From: a virus
DNA: 64,000 nt
Virus record (IMG/VR): IMGVR_UViG_3300045988_123080
Direction: 5' to 3' (one strand)
Shown one piece after another: positions 9,381-17,870 of the stretch; within the stretch, counting starts at the first letter, position 1; the number at the start of each line of letters is the position of its first letter. A program made the translations under genes and the position numbers. The notes beneath the pieces are model-generated. The model was not told where the DNA came from and did not search any database. It was given only the letters and a program-made list of their open reading frames with translations.

Positions 9381-9652
9381 CTGGAGGTGTAAATATGAAT
9401 ATTCTGAGTTTTAATGGAAATGAAAATCCAAAAGGGAGAGATGGTGATGCCGTTATCAAGTTAAGCTACCAGGAGCTGTTTAAGTTAAATAATATTTTGT
9501 ATCACGCTCAAAAAGGCGGTGAGATAAAGGACGTAGTGGACTTTAATATTCGAAGGAATTTTTACATGGCGCTTAATTTGGTTCAATATGGTAGTCTGGA
9601 TTCTGTTTCGCTAGAAATTATGTTAAAACTTTATGAAAACAATAAAACCTAA
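9377..9652 (+). CDS. hypothetical protein
   Basis: probable start ATG 9395 after GGAGGTG. Confidence 0.4.
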   Translation: MTGGVNMNILSFNGNENPKGRDGDAVIKLSYQELFKLNNILYHAQKGGEIKDVVDFNIRRNFYMALNLVQYGSLDSVSLEIMLKLYENNKT

Positions 9653-9669
9653 ATTCTTTGAAAGGATAA

Positions 9670-9921
9670 ATGGGAATGGATAGTAAGAAAACAAAAGAAC
9701 TGCGGGCTGGTGTTATGAAAGTTGTCAGCTGGTTGGATAATAATTGGCGTTGGATTCATACCAATGATTTTGGAAATGAAGAAAAGGCAATGGATTCCGT
9801 TGAGATTTACCATACAGTCTTGAATACTGTTGAGATGCTTGGTGGTGATTGGCAGCGTGACGAGAATGGAAAACATCGGGTGTTTATCGCCGGAGTTGGT
9901 GGAAAGGCAGAGACGGAGTAA
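9670..9921 (+). CDS. hypothetical protein
   Basis: 83-aa ORF. Confidence 0.4.
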   Translation: MGMDSKKTKELRAGVMKVVSWLDNNWRWIHTNDFGNEEKAMDSVEIYHTVLNTVEMLGGDWQRDENGKHRVFIAGVGGKAETE

Positions 9922-10026
9922 AATCCGGGTTCTTATGAGATTGCTGTAAAAAGCTTGACGATAACTGGTTATGCTGTTAAACTTTGCATAATCACAGAAT
10001 GCGCAAGCATGGAATGAGGTGGACTT

Positions 10027-10326
10027 ATGAATTTACAAGGACTTGAAAATAAAAAATGGGACTTTAATAAACAAGAGGAACTAGCTATCTCTTGGCTATT
10101 AAAACATGGCTTTGAGGTGAAATTGAAAAAACAGTATACATCAAAGGATATTTATACGGTAACAAAAGATGGTATTTTAGATGAATTTATCTTTCCGAAT
10201 AACCAGAAGAACATGAACGTTCGGGCTTTTATGGAAAGATATGAGAAAAATTTTGAAACAAAGAAAGAACTCATAAAATTAAGAGCAGAGGCATCGGCTA
10301 ATGGTTTGATTAAAGAACGTAGTTGA
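10027..10326 (+). CDS. hypothetical protein
   Basis: 99-aa ORF, GAGGTG SD. Confidence 0.4.
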   Translation: MNLQGLENKKWDFNKQEELAISWLLKHGFEVKLKKQYTSKDIYTVTKDGILDEFIFPNNQKNMNVRAFMERYEKNFETKKELIKLRAEASANGLIKERS

Positions 10327-10359
10327 TGTGATAAAAGTTAAGATTTAGGAGGATGTGTT

Positions 10360-10533
10360 ATGGAAGATAATACGAAGGAATTTGCAAGAGCTATTGATAC
10401 TGTAAATAAATTTTTGGATTGTGGAGCAATTGTTTTTGTCAAAGTAAAAGGAAATGAAAAATTGGTAAGACTTGAACAGATTGATATGTGTGCGCCATTA
10501 TCATGCCGTTTTAAAAATTCTGATAAGAGCTGA
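10360..10533 (+). CDS. hypothetical small protein (first member of AGATTTAGGAGG cassette array)
   Basis: 57-aa ORF below track cutoff; preceded by TAAGATTTAGGAGG motif shared with next four genes. Confidence 0.4.
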   Translation: MEDNTKEFARAIDTVNKFLDCGAIVFVKVKGNEKLVRLEQIDMCAPLSCRFKNSDKS

Positions 10534-10552
10534 GATTTAAGGAGATTGTAGG

Positions 10553-10828
10553 ATGGTTAAATTGAATAAGTGCCCATTTTGTGGGCATGAAGCGGTTTCC
10601 ATTAGTGTGTACGATGTTGACGAAAAGTGGAAAGGTTCGCTCGGATGTGATTTTGAGAAAGACCCGGATTACGGTATGGCATTGTATGCCTTACATCACG
10701 AAGAATGGATGAGCTGCATTCTTCGCTGTGATGACCAAGAAGAAGCACTTGGCGGGTTGTTTTTCAATTCTGCTAAAGAGGCTGAAAAGTATTGGAATGA
10801 AAAGACTGCAATGCTTGACAAAAGCTGA
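10553..10828 (+). CDS. Lar-family restriction alleviation protein (paralog 1)
   Basis: N-terminal KCPFCGHEAV and C-terminal YWNEK match Lar CPFCG...WN signature; GAGATTTAAGGAG upstream. Confidence 0.65.
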   Translation: MVKLNKCPFCGHEAVSISVYDVDEKWKGSLGCDFEKDPDYGMALYALHHEEWMSCILRCDDQEEALGGLFFNSAKEAEKYWNEKTAMLDKS

Positions 10829-10847
10829 GATTTAGGGAGACATAGTT

Positions 10848-11078
10848 ATGAGTGAATATAAATTAAAGCCGTGTCCTTTTTGTGGTGGAGAAGTTACCGT
10901 TGCAGAGGGCAGTTATCGCCAAACACGATGGATGTATGTTACGAGAGGAAACAAAGAAAATAGGTGCAACTGCCATGTTTTCATGGAAAGCAAAACTTAC
11001 TACTTTGATTCCTCTGAAAAAGACAAGGAAAGAATCAAAGCCGACCTTATCGAAGCGTGGAATAAGCGAGTCGAATAA
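10848..11078 (+). CDS. Lar-family restriction alleviation protein (paralog 2)
   Basis: MSEYKLKPCPFCGGEV...EAWNKRVE; GAGATTTAGGGAG upstream. Confidence 0.7.
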   Translation: MSEYKLKPCPFCGGEVTVAEGSYRQTRWMYVTRGNKENRCNCHVFMESKTYYFDSSEKDKERIKADLIEAWNKRVE

Positions 11079-11105
11079 AAACTAAGATTTAAGGAGAGAT
11101 ACATT

Positions 11106-11303
11106 ATGAAAAAATTCGTTGCTCTTTTTGAAGGTTGGAACGATAAGCATGACCATGAGTGTATGTGCTATGTTGTTGATGTAGATGATGACTTTGAAAG
11201 TATTTTGAGTATTGAAGAACAGGCAGAAAAGATGGCTCGAAGCGAATATCCTAATCTGAAAAATTTTGAGACGCTTTACATCAAAGAACTGCTTAACAGA
11301 TAA
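11106..11303 (+). CDS. hypothetical protein (cassette member)
   Basis: 65 aa; TAAGATTTAAGGAG upstream. Confidence 0.4.
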   Translation: MKKFVALFEGWNDKHDHECMCYVVDVDDDFESILSIEEQAEKMARSEYPNLKNFETLYIKELLNR

Positions 11304-11329
11304 GAATTAAGATTTAGGAGGAAATAGTT

Positions 11330-12106
11330 ATGCCGAGAAGGAAAACAGTAGAAGCACTGCAATTAACGCCGAAAGAAATAGCTCGGAAGTCGCCTACTTT
11401 TATGGAGCTTCCTGAGATGGTAAGCCGTGCTGGTGAGCCTACATACTATTATGATGTGGGAGATGCTGTAGAGATTGGTCATCTTAGCGGATGCAAGATT
11501 GATGAAGTCTGCGACGGTGGTTTATATTACGGTGTTTCTTACGATGATGGATATAGGTACGAAACGTGGTTTAACATTCGTAAAGCAGGTGTTGAGAAGA
11601 AATCTCAACTGACAGAGAATGAAGATATTAAGATTTCTTACTCAAACGTGACTATTGAATCTTTACTTCACAGATACTATTTCTTTGGCATCAATTGTAA
11701 TCCGAGCTATCAACGCGGATCTGTGTGGACGGATGATGACCGTAAACTGCTTCTTGAAACAATTTTTATGGGTGGTGAAATTGGTCGATTCGTTTTAAAA
11801 AATATTGATATGGACGAATGGAATAAAAATCAGAATTACCTTTATGAAATCATTGATGGAAAGCAGAGACTTCTGACACTGACTGCATTCTACGAAGATC
11901 GTTTCCGTTACAAAGGATATCTGTATAGTGAACTCTCTAAAAAGGACAAGAGAACTTTTAATGAGACTAATATTGCTATTGCAGATTTACGGAATCTTTC
12001 TAAGAAAGATACGTTGCGTGTGTTCTTGTTGTTGAATCGTGGCGGCAAGGTTGTTACCAACGACGTACTTAATCACGCAAAAGAGTTGCTGGACGAAATG
12101 GAGTGA
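11330..12106 (+). CDS. DUF262 (ParB/GmrSD-like nuclease domain) protein
   Basis: PSYQRGSVW...IDGKQRLLTL matches DUF262 QR...DGQQR signature; TAAGATTTAGGAGG upstream. Confidence 0.6.
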   Translation: MPRRKTVEALQLTPKEIARKSPTFMELPEMVSRAGEPTYYYDVGDAVEIGHLSGCKIDEVCDGGLYYGVSYDDGYRYETWFNIRKAGVEKKSQLTENEDIKISYSNVTIESLLHRYYFFGINCNPSYQRGSVWTDDDRKLLLETIFMGGEIGRFVLKNIDMDEWNKNQNYLYEIIDGKQRLLTLTAFYEDRFRYKGYLYSELSKKDKRTFNETNIAIADLRNLSKKDTLRVFLLLNRGGKVVTNDVLNHAKELLDEME

Positions 12107-12110
12107 GTGA

Positions 12111-12446
12111 ATGATTTATACGGTTACAATGATTGACTCGTTTAAGAACGATCAGAATGCGAAATTCAGTTCGCCAGTGTCAAACACCAAAGACATCTAT
12201 TGGATGCCGGATGATAGTTGGATTGCTGGATTCTTTACAGATTTAGCAGAGGCTATTCGAGTTGTTAAAGAAAACGTGACTGACATCTTTGAACATTGTT
12301 ATAATTACGCAGTCGTTGAAGGATACGAGGAAGGTCTGTATCCAAGACCGGAATTGACGAGGTGGTTTAAATATGATGCTGAGAGTGACACAGCATTCGA
12401 GATTGAACCGCCGCTGCATAATAAGGTGGCTGGATATGCCTTTTGA
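12111..12446 (+). CDS. hypothetical protein
   Basis: 111-aa ORF. Confidence 0.4.
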   Translation: MIYTVTMIDSFKNDQNAKFSSPVSNTKDIYWMPDDSWIAGFFTDLAEAIRVVKENVTDIFEHCYNYAVVEGYEEGLYPRPELTRWFKYDAESDTAFEIEPPLHNKVAGYAF

Positions 12447-12464
12447 AGAAAGGGGATAGGAGTT

Positions 12465-12656
12465 ATGAATAGCATAAAATATGACGAGAAGGGAAATAGA
12501 CTGAATCGAATGCAAGTTATTCGGAAGATGGATAAGTTTCGAGTTTCAATGCTTCTTGAGCAGATTGTCAAGCATTCTGAGGATTATCCGTTTTCCAGAG
12601 AAGAATGGTTAAAATGGTTAAATGAACCTGCAGGAGATCGTATTGATGAGTTTTGA
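12465..12656 (+). CDS. hypothetical protein
   Basis: 63-aa ORF, GGGGATAGGAG SD. Confidence 0.4.
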   Translation: MNSIKYDEKGNRLNRMQVIRKMDKFRVSMLLEQIVKHSEDYPFSREEWLKWLNEPAGDRIDEF

Positions 12657-12680
12657 TAAAACCAATATTTTTGAAGGGAA

Positions 12681-13307
12681 GTGATTTTTATTAACTCTAA
12701 TTTGTTAATAAATCGTGAGCAAAGTGTTGCCATCGTGTGTATAATGTGCTTGCTGGCAGGGAATCTGGTATCGAAGATCAGCCCGGTAATTCAAAATCAG
12801 AGCAATTCGTACCTTTATAATAGTAGTCCTCCGGCAGTAAGTGTTGTGCAGCAAGAGGAAAAGGAACCAGAAGTCATCGTAAAAACTGTTATCGAGACGC
12901 GTGTGGTAAACTTCAGTCAGGGAAAGCGCGAACTCACTAATGATGAGCGTGCTCTTGCGGAGCAGATCGTTGCTTGTGAAGCAGGTGCTGATAGCCTAGA
13001 AGGTCAGATGGCTGTGGCTCAATGTCTTTATGATTCTGCTGTACTTGATGGTCTAACCATCCAGCAGGTCTTTAAGAAGTATGGTTATAGTTCCTTATAT
13101 AATAGGAAGGTGACGGCAGAGAACGAATTGGCTGTGTCTATGGTGTTTGATTACGGCGCTAAAATTTCAAACAAACCAATTCAATGGTTTGTGACCCCGG
13201 CGGCAGCTTCCGGCAGTTGGCACGAGCACGGAGCAACGTTCGCTGGACAATTTGGCGCACATAGGTTCTATTACAACGCGGAACTGGTTGTGGATGATGC
13301 CGAGTGA
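12681..13307 (+). CDS. putative SleB-like cell wall hydrolase (Hydrolase_2) with N-terminal TM
   Basis: EQIVACEAGADSLEGQMAVAQCLYDS resembles SleB/CwlJ Hydrolase_2 core; hydrophobic N-terminus. Confidence 0.45.
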   Translation: MIFINSNLLINREQSVAIVCIMCLLAGNLVSKISPVIQNQSNSYLYNSSPPAVSVVQQEEKEPEVIVKTVIETRVVNFSQGKRELTNDERALAEQIVACEAGADSLEGQMAVAQCLYDSAVLDGLTIQQVFKKYGYSSLYNRKVTAENELAVSMVFDYGAKISNKPIQWFVTPAAASGSWHEHGATFAGQFGAHRFYYNAELVVDDAE

Positions 13308-13342
13308 ATGGCATCATCTAAAATTTTAAACTTTTACAACAA

Positions 13343-13400
13343 CAAAAAGATGTATAATATATTGACCAAAACAAAAAGATGTGTATAATATATCTTGAAA
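13343..13400 (+). promoter_or_regulatory. tandem imperfect ~27-bp repeats each carrying TGTATAAT -10-like box
   Basis: acaaaaagatgtataatata / acaaaaagatgtgtataatata; TTGACC 15 bp upstream of the second. Confidence 0.4.
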
Positions 13401-13413
13401 GTTGTCTAAATGA

Positions 13414-13758
13414 GTGGAGGGCGGTGTTTTAATGCGTGAGAGAAATGTTCTGAAGGTCATACGAGTTGATGACTTTTTAAAGTACATAAGAAAAAAGAGA
13501 GTGTGGGTTTGTTTTATTTGCAATGGTGTAGATGTTCACATGGTCTGTAACAAAATGAACGATGTTGGAGCAGAGACACATGGGATCGTTAAAGGCATTG
13601 GCTTCTTCGGAAACGAAAGTCATATTGAGCTGCGGCAAGAATGCCACGAAGTAAGGAGGATTGAGCTTAGACCGGGCGATAAAGAGAAAGCGTATGAGAT
13701 GATCTTCGATAACACAAGCGTGTTCGTATCAGAGAACCCCGAGTTGTACGGGCACTAA
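13414..13758 (+). CDS. hypothetical protein (upstream of MazF-like gene)
   Basis: probable ATG 13432 after GGAGGGCGG; 109 aa; no MazE-like motif seen. Confidence 0.4.
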   Translation: MEGGVLMRERNVLKVIRVDDFLKYIRKKRVWVCFICNGVDVHMVCNKMNDVGAETHGIVKGIGFFGNESHIELRQECHEVRRIELRPGDKEKAYEMIFDNTSVFVSENPELYGH

Positions 13759-13776
13759 AAATATTTAAAAAACCTC

Positions 13777-13805
13777 TTGACTTCTGCAAGGGTATCCTGT
13801 ATAAT
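13777..13805 (+). promoter_or_regulatory. consensus sigma70-type promoter TTGACT-17-TATAAT (embeds GTATCCTGTATAATATAG motif)
   Basis: TTGACT 13777-13782, 17-bp spacer, TATAAT 13800-13805; 44 bp upstream of mazF-like start. Confidence 0.65.
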
Positions 13806-13848
13806 ATAGCTATGGAACGGAGCTACACTATTATAGAGGAGAAAGACT

Positions 13849-14268
13849 ATGGATAGTAATATTGACCCAAAGGTCGGAGAGGTTTGGTTGGTTGATCTAT
13901 CCAATGCGACAGGTCACCAGCAGCGCGGTATTCGACCGTTTGTTGTGACGAGCAACAACAAGCGCAACTTCTTCAGTCCCACAATCAAAGGGAATCCGTT
14001 GTCTTCCAGAATATACAAGCGTTCTCCGGTTCATGTCCTGCTCTCAAAGGAAGATTGCGATTTTCTGGATGTTGACAGTATCGTTCTTTGTGAAGAGACC
14101 GATACACTTAACAAAGGACAGTTCATCAAGAAACTTGGTGTCTTATCGGAGCGTCAGATGAATATGATCGCAATGGCAAGATGCAAGGATGAACCGTTCT
14201 TACTCGCAGCATTCCTGAGCGGCGTACAACATACTATGGAATTTCAGAATTTTGCCGCATTTGCTTGA
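13849..14268 (+). CDS. MazF/PemK-family endoribonuclease toxin-like protein
   Basis: GEVWLVDLSNATGHQQRGIRPFVVTSNNKRN...SIVLCEETDTLNK...LGVLSERQMNMIAMA matches PemK/MazF signature. Confidence 0.7.
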   Translation: MDSNIDPKVGEVWLVDLSNATGHQQRGIRPFVVTSNNKRNFFSPTIKGNPLSSRIYKRSPVHVLLSKEDCDFLDVDSIVLCEETDTLNKGQFIKKLGVLSERQMNMIAMARCKDEPFLLAAFLSGVQHTMEFQNFAAFA

Positions 14269-14321
14269 TTTTTTATAAGGGTTAATGGTACACTACATAT
14301 AATAAGAAGGAGTGTGCCACT

Positions 14322-15248
14322 ATGCTTACTGAAGAGAAAATCAACGCTTTTGCCGAAAAGTATTCTGATAGAAGCGGTGAGTTTGTTATATCGACACTTA
14401 ACCATGTTATGGATTACGAGGCCGAGCGTGGGTATGAGTTGTTTGACTTCACAAAAGATGATTTTGTAAAGATGTTTGCCAAATACAATTGGGTGAATTC
14501 AAGTCGGTCGTTCAGAAATGTAAAGTCAATAATTACAGGTTACATCAAAAGTGAGTATCGAGCGAGCATGTATGACTTAGCTGAATTCTCGGAGAGCGAC
14601 GTGAGTTCAGACAATATGTACGAGGACAAGTATTTTGCGTCAGCTGATGAGTTTGTTGATTTCTTGGACAAGTATGAAGAACCATATCAGATTCGTATGA
14701 ACGTGATTGCCGTGCTGTACTGGATTGGTCTTACTTCCGAAGAGGTTTCTAATCTGACAATTAACGATGTTGATTTTGAATCATGTACTGTTCTGAATAA
14801 GACCGGTGTTGACGCGAGATTGATGAATATCATTAAGCAGTGTTATGAAATGAAACAATACGATGCTCCAAATATGGGAGGATACAGAACGTTTTATGTC
14901 ATAAATGGTGATTACATTCTTCGCAAAACAGAGGATAGAACTGGTGCAGACAGTGATTCAAGAATGTCTACAAATACGATTCATAGTTATTTCACGCGCT
15001 TGAATGATATTCTCGAAAGAAGATATCATTCAAAGGCTTTAGACCGAAGACATCTGACCAGAAACGGCGAGTATGTCAAGGTTTATAACTACTGTAAAAC
15101 TCATCCAGAATTTAATCTTGCAGAACTTAGTTTCGGAAATGGTAAAGATCCTCTTGCGGACATTATCGGAAGAAAGTGCAGCAAGGTTGCCTACATTAGT
15201 TTCCGGCAAGGATACAAGGGCTGGATCGAATACTTCCACAAAAATTAA
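14322..15248 (+). CDS. hypothetical protein with degenerate tyrosine-recombinase-like box I region
   Basis: IAVLYWIGLTSEEVSNLTINDVDF resembles recombinase box I but Arg replaced by Thr; no HxxR/Y evident. Confidence 0.3.
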   Translation: MLTEEKINAFAEKYSDRSGEFVISTLNHVMDYEAERGYELFDFTKDDFVKMFAKYNWVNSSRSFRNVKSIITGYIKSEYRASMYDLAEFSESDVSSDNMYEDKYFASADEFVDFLDKYEEPYQIRMNVIAVLYWIGLTSEEVSNLTINDVDFESCTVLNKTGVDARLMNIIKQCYEMKQYDAPNMGGYRTFYVINGDYILRKTEDRTGADSDSRMSTNTIHSYFTRLNDILERRYHSKALDRRHLTRNGEYVKVYNYCKTHPEFNLAELSFGNGKDPLADIIGRKCSKVAYISFRQGYKGWIEYFHKN

Positions 15249-15250
15249 AA

Positions 15251-15280
15251 ACAGGGGGCTTCAGCCCCTTGATTTTAACA
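15251..15280 (+). terminator. rho-independent terminator
   Basis: acaGGGGGCttcaGCCCCttgatttt: GC stem-loop followed by T-rich tract after stop at 15248. Confidence 0.65.
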
Positions 15281-15286
15281 TTGTAA

Positions 15287-15304
15287 CTATATAACACAGG
15301 ATAC
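15287..15304 (+). promoter_or_regulatory. recurrent 18-bp motif CTATATAACACAGGATAC (forward copy 1)
   Basis: one of six near-identical copies; ~25 bp upstream of start of 15328 operon. Confidence 0.45.
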
Positions 15305-15327
15305 AGAAAATAGTATTTGAATGGAGA

Positions 15328-17403
15328 ATGATAACAATGTCTGATTTCAAGAAATTTCGTGCACTGCTGCAGGACCACTTCAATGAGATGGTGAAGGGCG
15401 AAAGCCCTCTGTTTATCACCGATGCAGACGAGGATGAACTGTATAATCTGTATCTCGACAGCTTCCCAGCTGGCACGAATGAGTTGTTCCGTAAGCGGCG
15501 CGAGTATGACTGTTCCTGCTGCCGCCGTTTCGTAAAGAACATCGGTAAGCTGGTTTCCTTTATGGATGGTCAGATGGTTACCGTCTGGGATTTCGATACC
15601 AAGTCCGATGTTTATCAGCCGGTTGTGGATGCGCTGGCTGCCTATGTGAAAACCTGCGCTGTTGTGAACCCGTATTACGTCAGCCGCAATATGATCTCTG
15701 ATAGCAAGTTTGGCACTGAGATGAACTATGAGTATGACGCTGATCATAAGGCGGTTCATACCTGGGATCATTTCGTTGTCGAGATTCCTCAGCGGTTCAT
15801 TGTGCGTCCCGATGACGTACCTACCAAGATGGCTCAGTGGCGTGATTCCGCCAATGTGTTCAAGCGCTCTCTGGAGGAGCTAACCATGGATGCCGTGGAC
15901 ACCGTGCTTGAGCTGATTGCGCAGAACAGCCTGTATCGCGGTAAGGAGTTTGAATCTCTGGTTCGTGGCTTCAAAATCGATAAGCAAGTGTATGATCGTC
16001 TGCCTGATGAAAAGAAGTCCGCTTATGTTTGGATGGCTCCCGGCGGAGCTTCGATGAACCGGCTTCGCATCCGCAATACGGCAATCGGTACTCTGCTGGT
16101 GAACCTGAGCGAGGGCATGGACGTGGATGCTGCTGTGTCTGCGTTTGAGGCCATTGTTGCTCCCGCCAACTATAAGCGTCCTAAGGCGATTTTTACCAAG
16201 AAGATGCTGGAAGACGCACAGAAAACCGTCACTGAGTTGGGCTATATGAACAGTCTGGGTCGCCGGTTTGCTACTCTGGACGACATCACCGTAAATAACG
16301 TTTTATTCTGTAACCGAGACGCAGCCCCTCGTATTACTGGCGCTGTGAATCCGTTTGAAGCAATGGCGAAGACTGTCGCAATCGATCCTAAGAAGTTCGG
16401 CCGCGCAGAGGAAATCGGTATTGATAAGTTTATCAAGGACGTGCTGCCCACCGCGACTGGTCTGGAACTGTTTATGGAGAATCGGTTTGAGAAGAATATG
16501 ACGTCTCTGATTGCTCCGCAGGATAAGAACGCGCCGTCTATGTTCAAGTGGGCGAATGGTTTCAGTTGGGCGTATACGGGTAACGTGGCTGACAGCCAGA
16601 TCCGTGAGAACGTCAAGAATGCAGGCGGTAAGGTTGATGGCGTGTTGCGTTTCTCTATTCAGTGGAACGATAAGCAGTGCGAGTGGGATGGAAATGACCT
16701 TGATGCCCACTGTGTTGAACCGAACGACTTTGAGATCTATTTTGGCAACAAACGAGATTGGAGTACTGGTGGCAATCTGGATGTAGATATTATTCATCCT
16801 GATCGCGATGAGGCCGCTGTTGAGAATATTACATGGCCTGACATCAAAAAGATGAAGGATGGTAAATACGAGTTCTTTGTTCATTGCTTCTCTAACCGTG
16901 GCGGCAAAACCGGCTTCCGCGCAGAGATTGAATTTGATGGTCAAATCTACTCCTTCAATTACAATATTCCGCTGCGTCAGACTCAGAATGTTTCTGTTGC
17001 TACTGTTGTGTTGAATGATGGGCAGTTTACTATTAAGGAACATCTCAATAGTTCTACTTCTTCCCGTGAAATCTGGGGTGTGAATTCCAATCAGTTTGTA
17101 CCGGTGTCCGTAGCAATGTATTCTCCGAACTACTGGGACGAGCAGAGTGGTAACGGTAATCGTCATTACTTCTTCATGCTCAAGGATTGTGTAAACCCTG
17201 AAAAGCCCAATGGATTCTACAATGAATTCCTGAAGGCGGAACTGCTACAGCATAAGCGAGTATTCGAGGCTCTTGGTTCTCAGATGGCAGTTCAGTCGGT
17301 AGATGACCAGCTGTCCGGCGTTGGGTTCTCTGAGACGAAACATGATTCCTTTGTTGTCAAGGTTCAGGGCGCTACTGAGCGGGTTCTGAAAGTTGTTATT
17401 TAA
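15328..17403 (+). CDS. large hypothetical protein (691 aa) co-operonic with Pnkp
   Basis: no motif recognised; first gene after recurrent motif and terminator; followed by coiled-coil protein and Pnkp. Confidence 0.5.
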   Translation: MITMSDFKKFRALLQDHFNEMVKGESPLFITDADEDELYNLYLDSFPAGTNELFRKRREYDCSCCRRFVKNIGKLVSFMDGQMVTVWDFDTKSDVYQPVVDALAAYVKTCAVVNPYYVSRNMISDSKFGTEMNYEYDADHKAVHTWDHFVVEIPQRFIVRPDDVPTKMAQWRDSANVFKRSLEELTMDAVDTVLELIAQNSLYRGKEFESLVRGFKIDKQVYDRLPDEKKSAYVWMAPGGASMNRLRIRNTAIGTLLVNLSEGMDVDAAVSAFEAIVAPANYKRPKAIFTKKMLEDAQKTVTELGYMNSLGRRFATLDDITVNNVLFCNRDAAPRITGAVNPFEAMAKTVAIDPKKFGRAEEIGIDKFIKDVLPTATGLELFMENRFEKNMTSLIAPQDKNAPSMFKWANGFSWAYTGNVADSQIRENVKNAGGKVDGVLRFSIQWNDKQCEWDGNDLDAHCVEPNDFEIYFGNKRDWSTGGNLDVDIIHPDRDEAAVENITWPDIKKMKDGKYEFFVHCFSNRGGKTGFRAEIEFDGQIYSFNYNIPLRQTQNVSVATVVLNDGQFTIKEHLNSSTSSREIWGVNSNQFVPVSVAMYSPNYWDEQSGNGNRHYFFMLKDCVNPEKPNGFYNEFLKAELLQHKRVFEALGSQMAVQSVDDQLSGVGFSETKHDSFVVKVQGATERVLKVVI

Positions 17404-17417
17404 GAGGAGAAATTATT

Positions 17418-17801
17418 ATGGAAAAGAATCTGTTTGAAATTGCAACCCGTAATCGCTATCGCTTCAACTATAAGGGTATTATGACTGTTGAAGATCTGTG
17501 GGATCTGAGTGTCGAGGCACTAGATGCGATTTTTAAGACCCTGAATCGTCAGAAGAAGACCGCAGACGAAGACTCCTTGCTGGCTGTTAAGAGTGCCGAA
17601 AATACCGAACTGGCAAACAAGATTGAGCTGGTCAAGTATATCGTGTCTGTCAAGCTGGCTGAATCTGAGGCTCGTGTGGATGCAGCCGAGAAGAAGGCGC
17701 AGCGCGATAAGATTATGAAGATTGTGGCAAAGAAGAAGGACAAGGAGCTGGAAGATATGGACGTAGACCAGCTGATGAAGAAGCTGGAAGAGTTGAACTA
17801 A
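17418..17801 (+). CDS. hypothetical coiled-coil protein
   Basis: 127 aa, Lys/Glu-rich heptad-like; GAGGAGA SD. Confidence 0.45.
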   Translation: MEKNLFEIATRNRYRFNYKGIMTVEDLWDLSVEALDAIFKTLNRQKKTADEDSLLAVKSAENTELANKIELVKYIVSVKLAESEARVDAAEKKAQRDKIMKIVAKKKDKELEDMDVDQLMKKLEELN

Positions 17802-17870
17802 AATAGACATTTTATAAAGAATTGGAAATAAATAAATAACGATAATACGTTAAGCAGAGGGAGAAAAACG

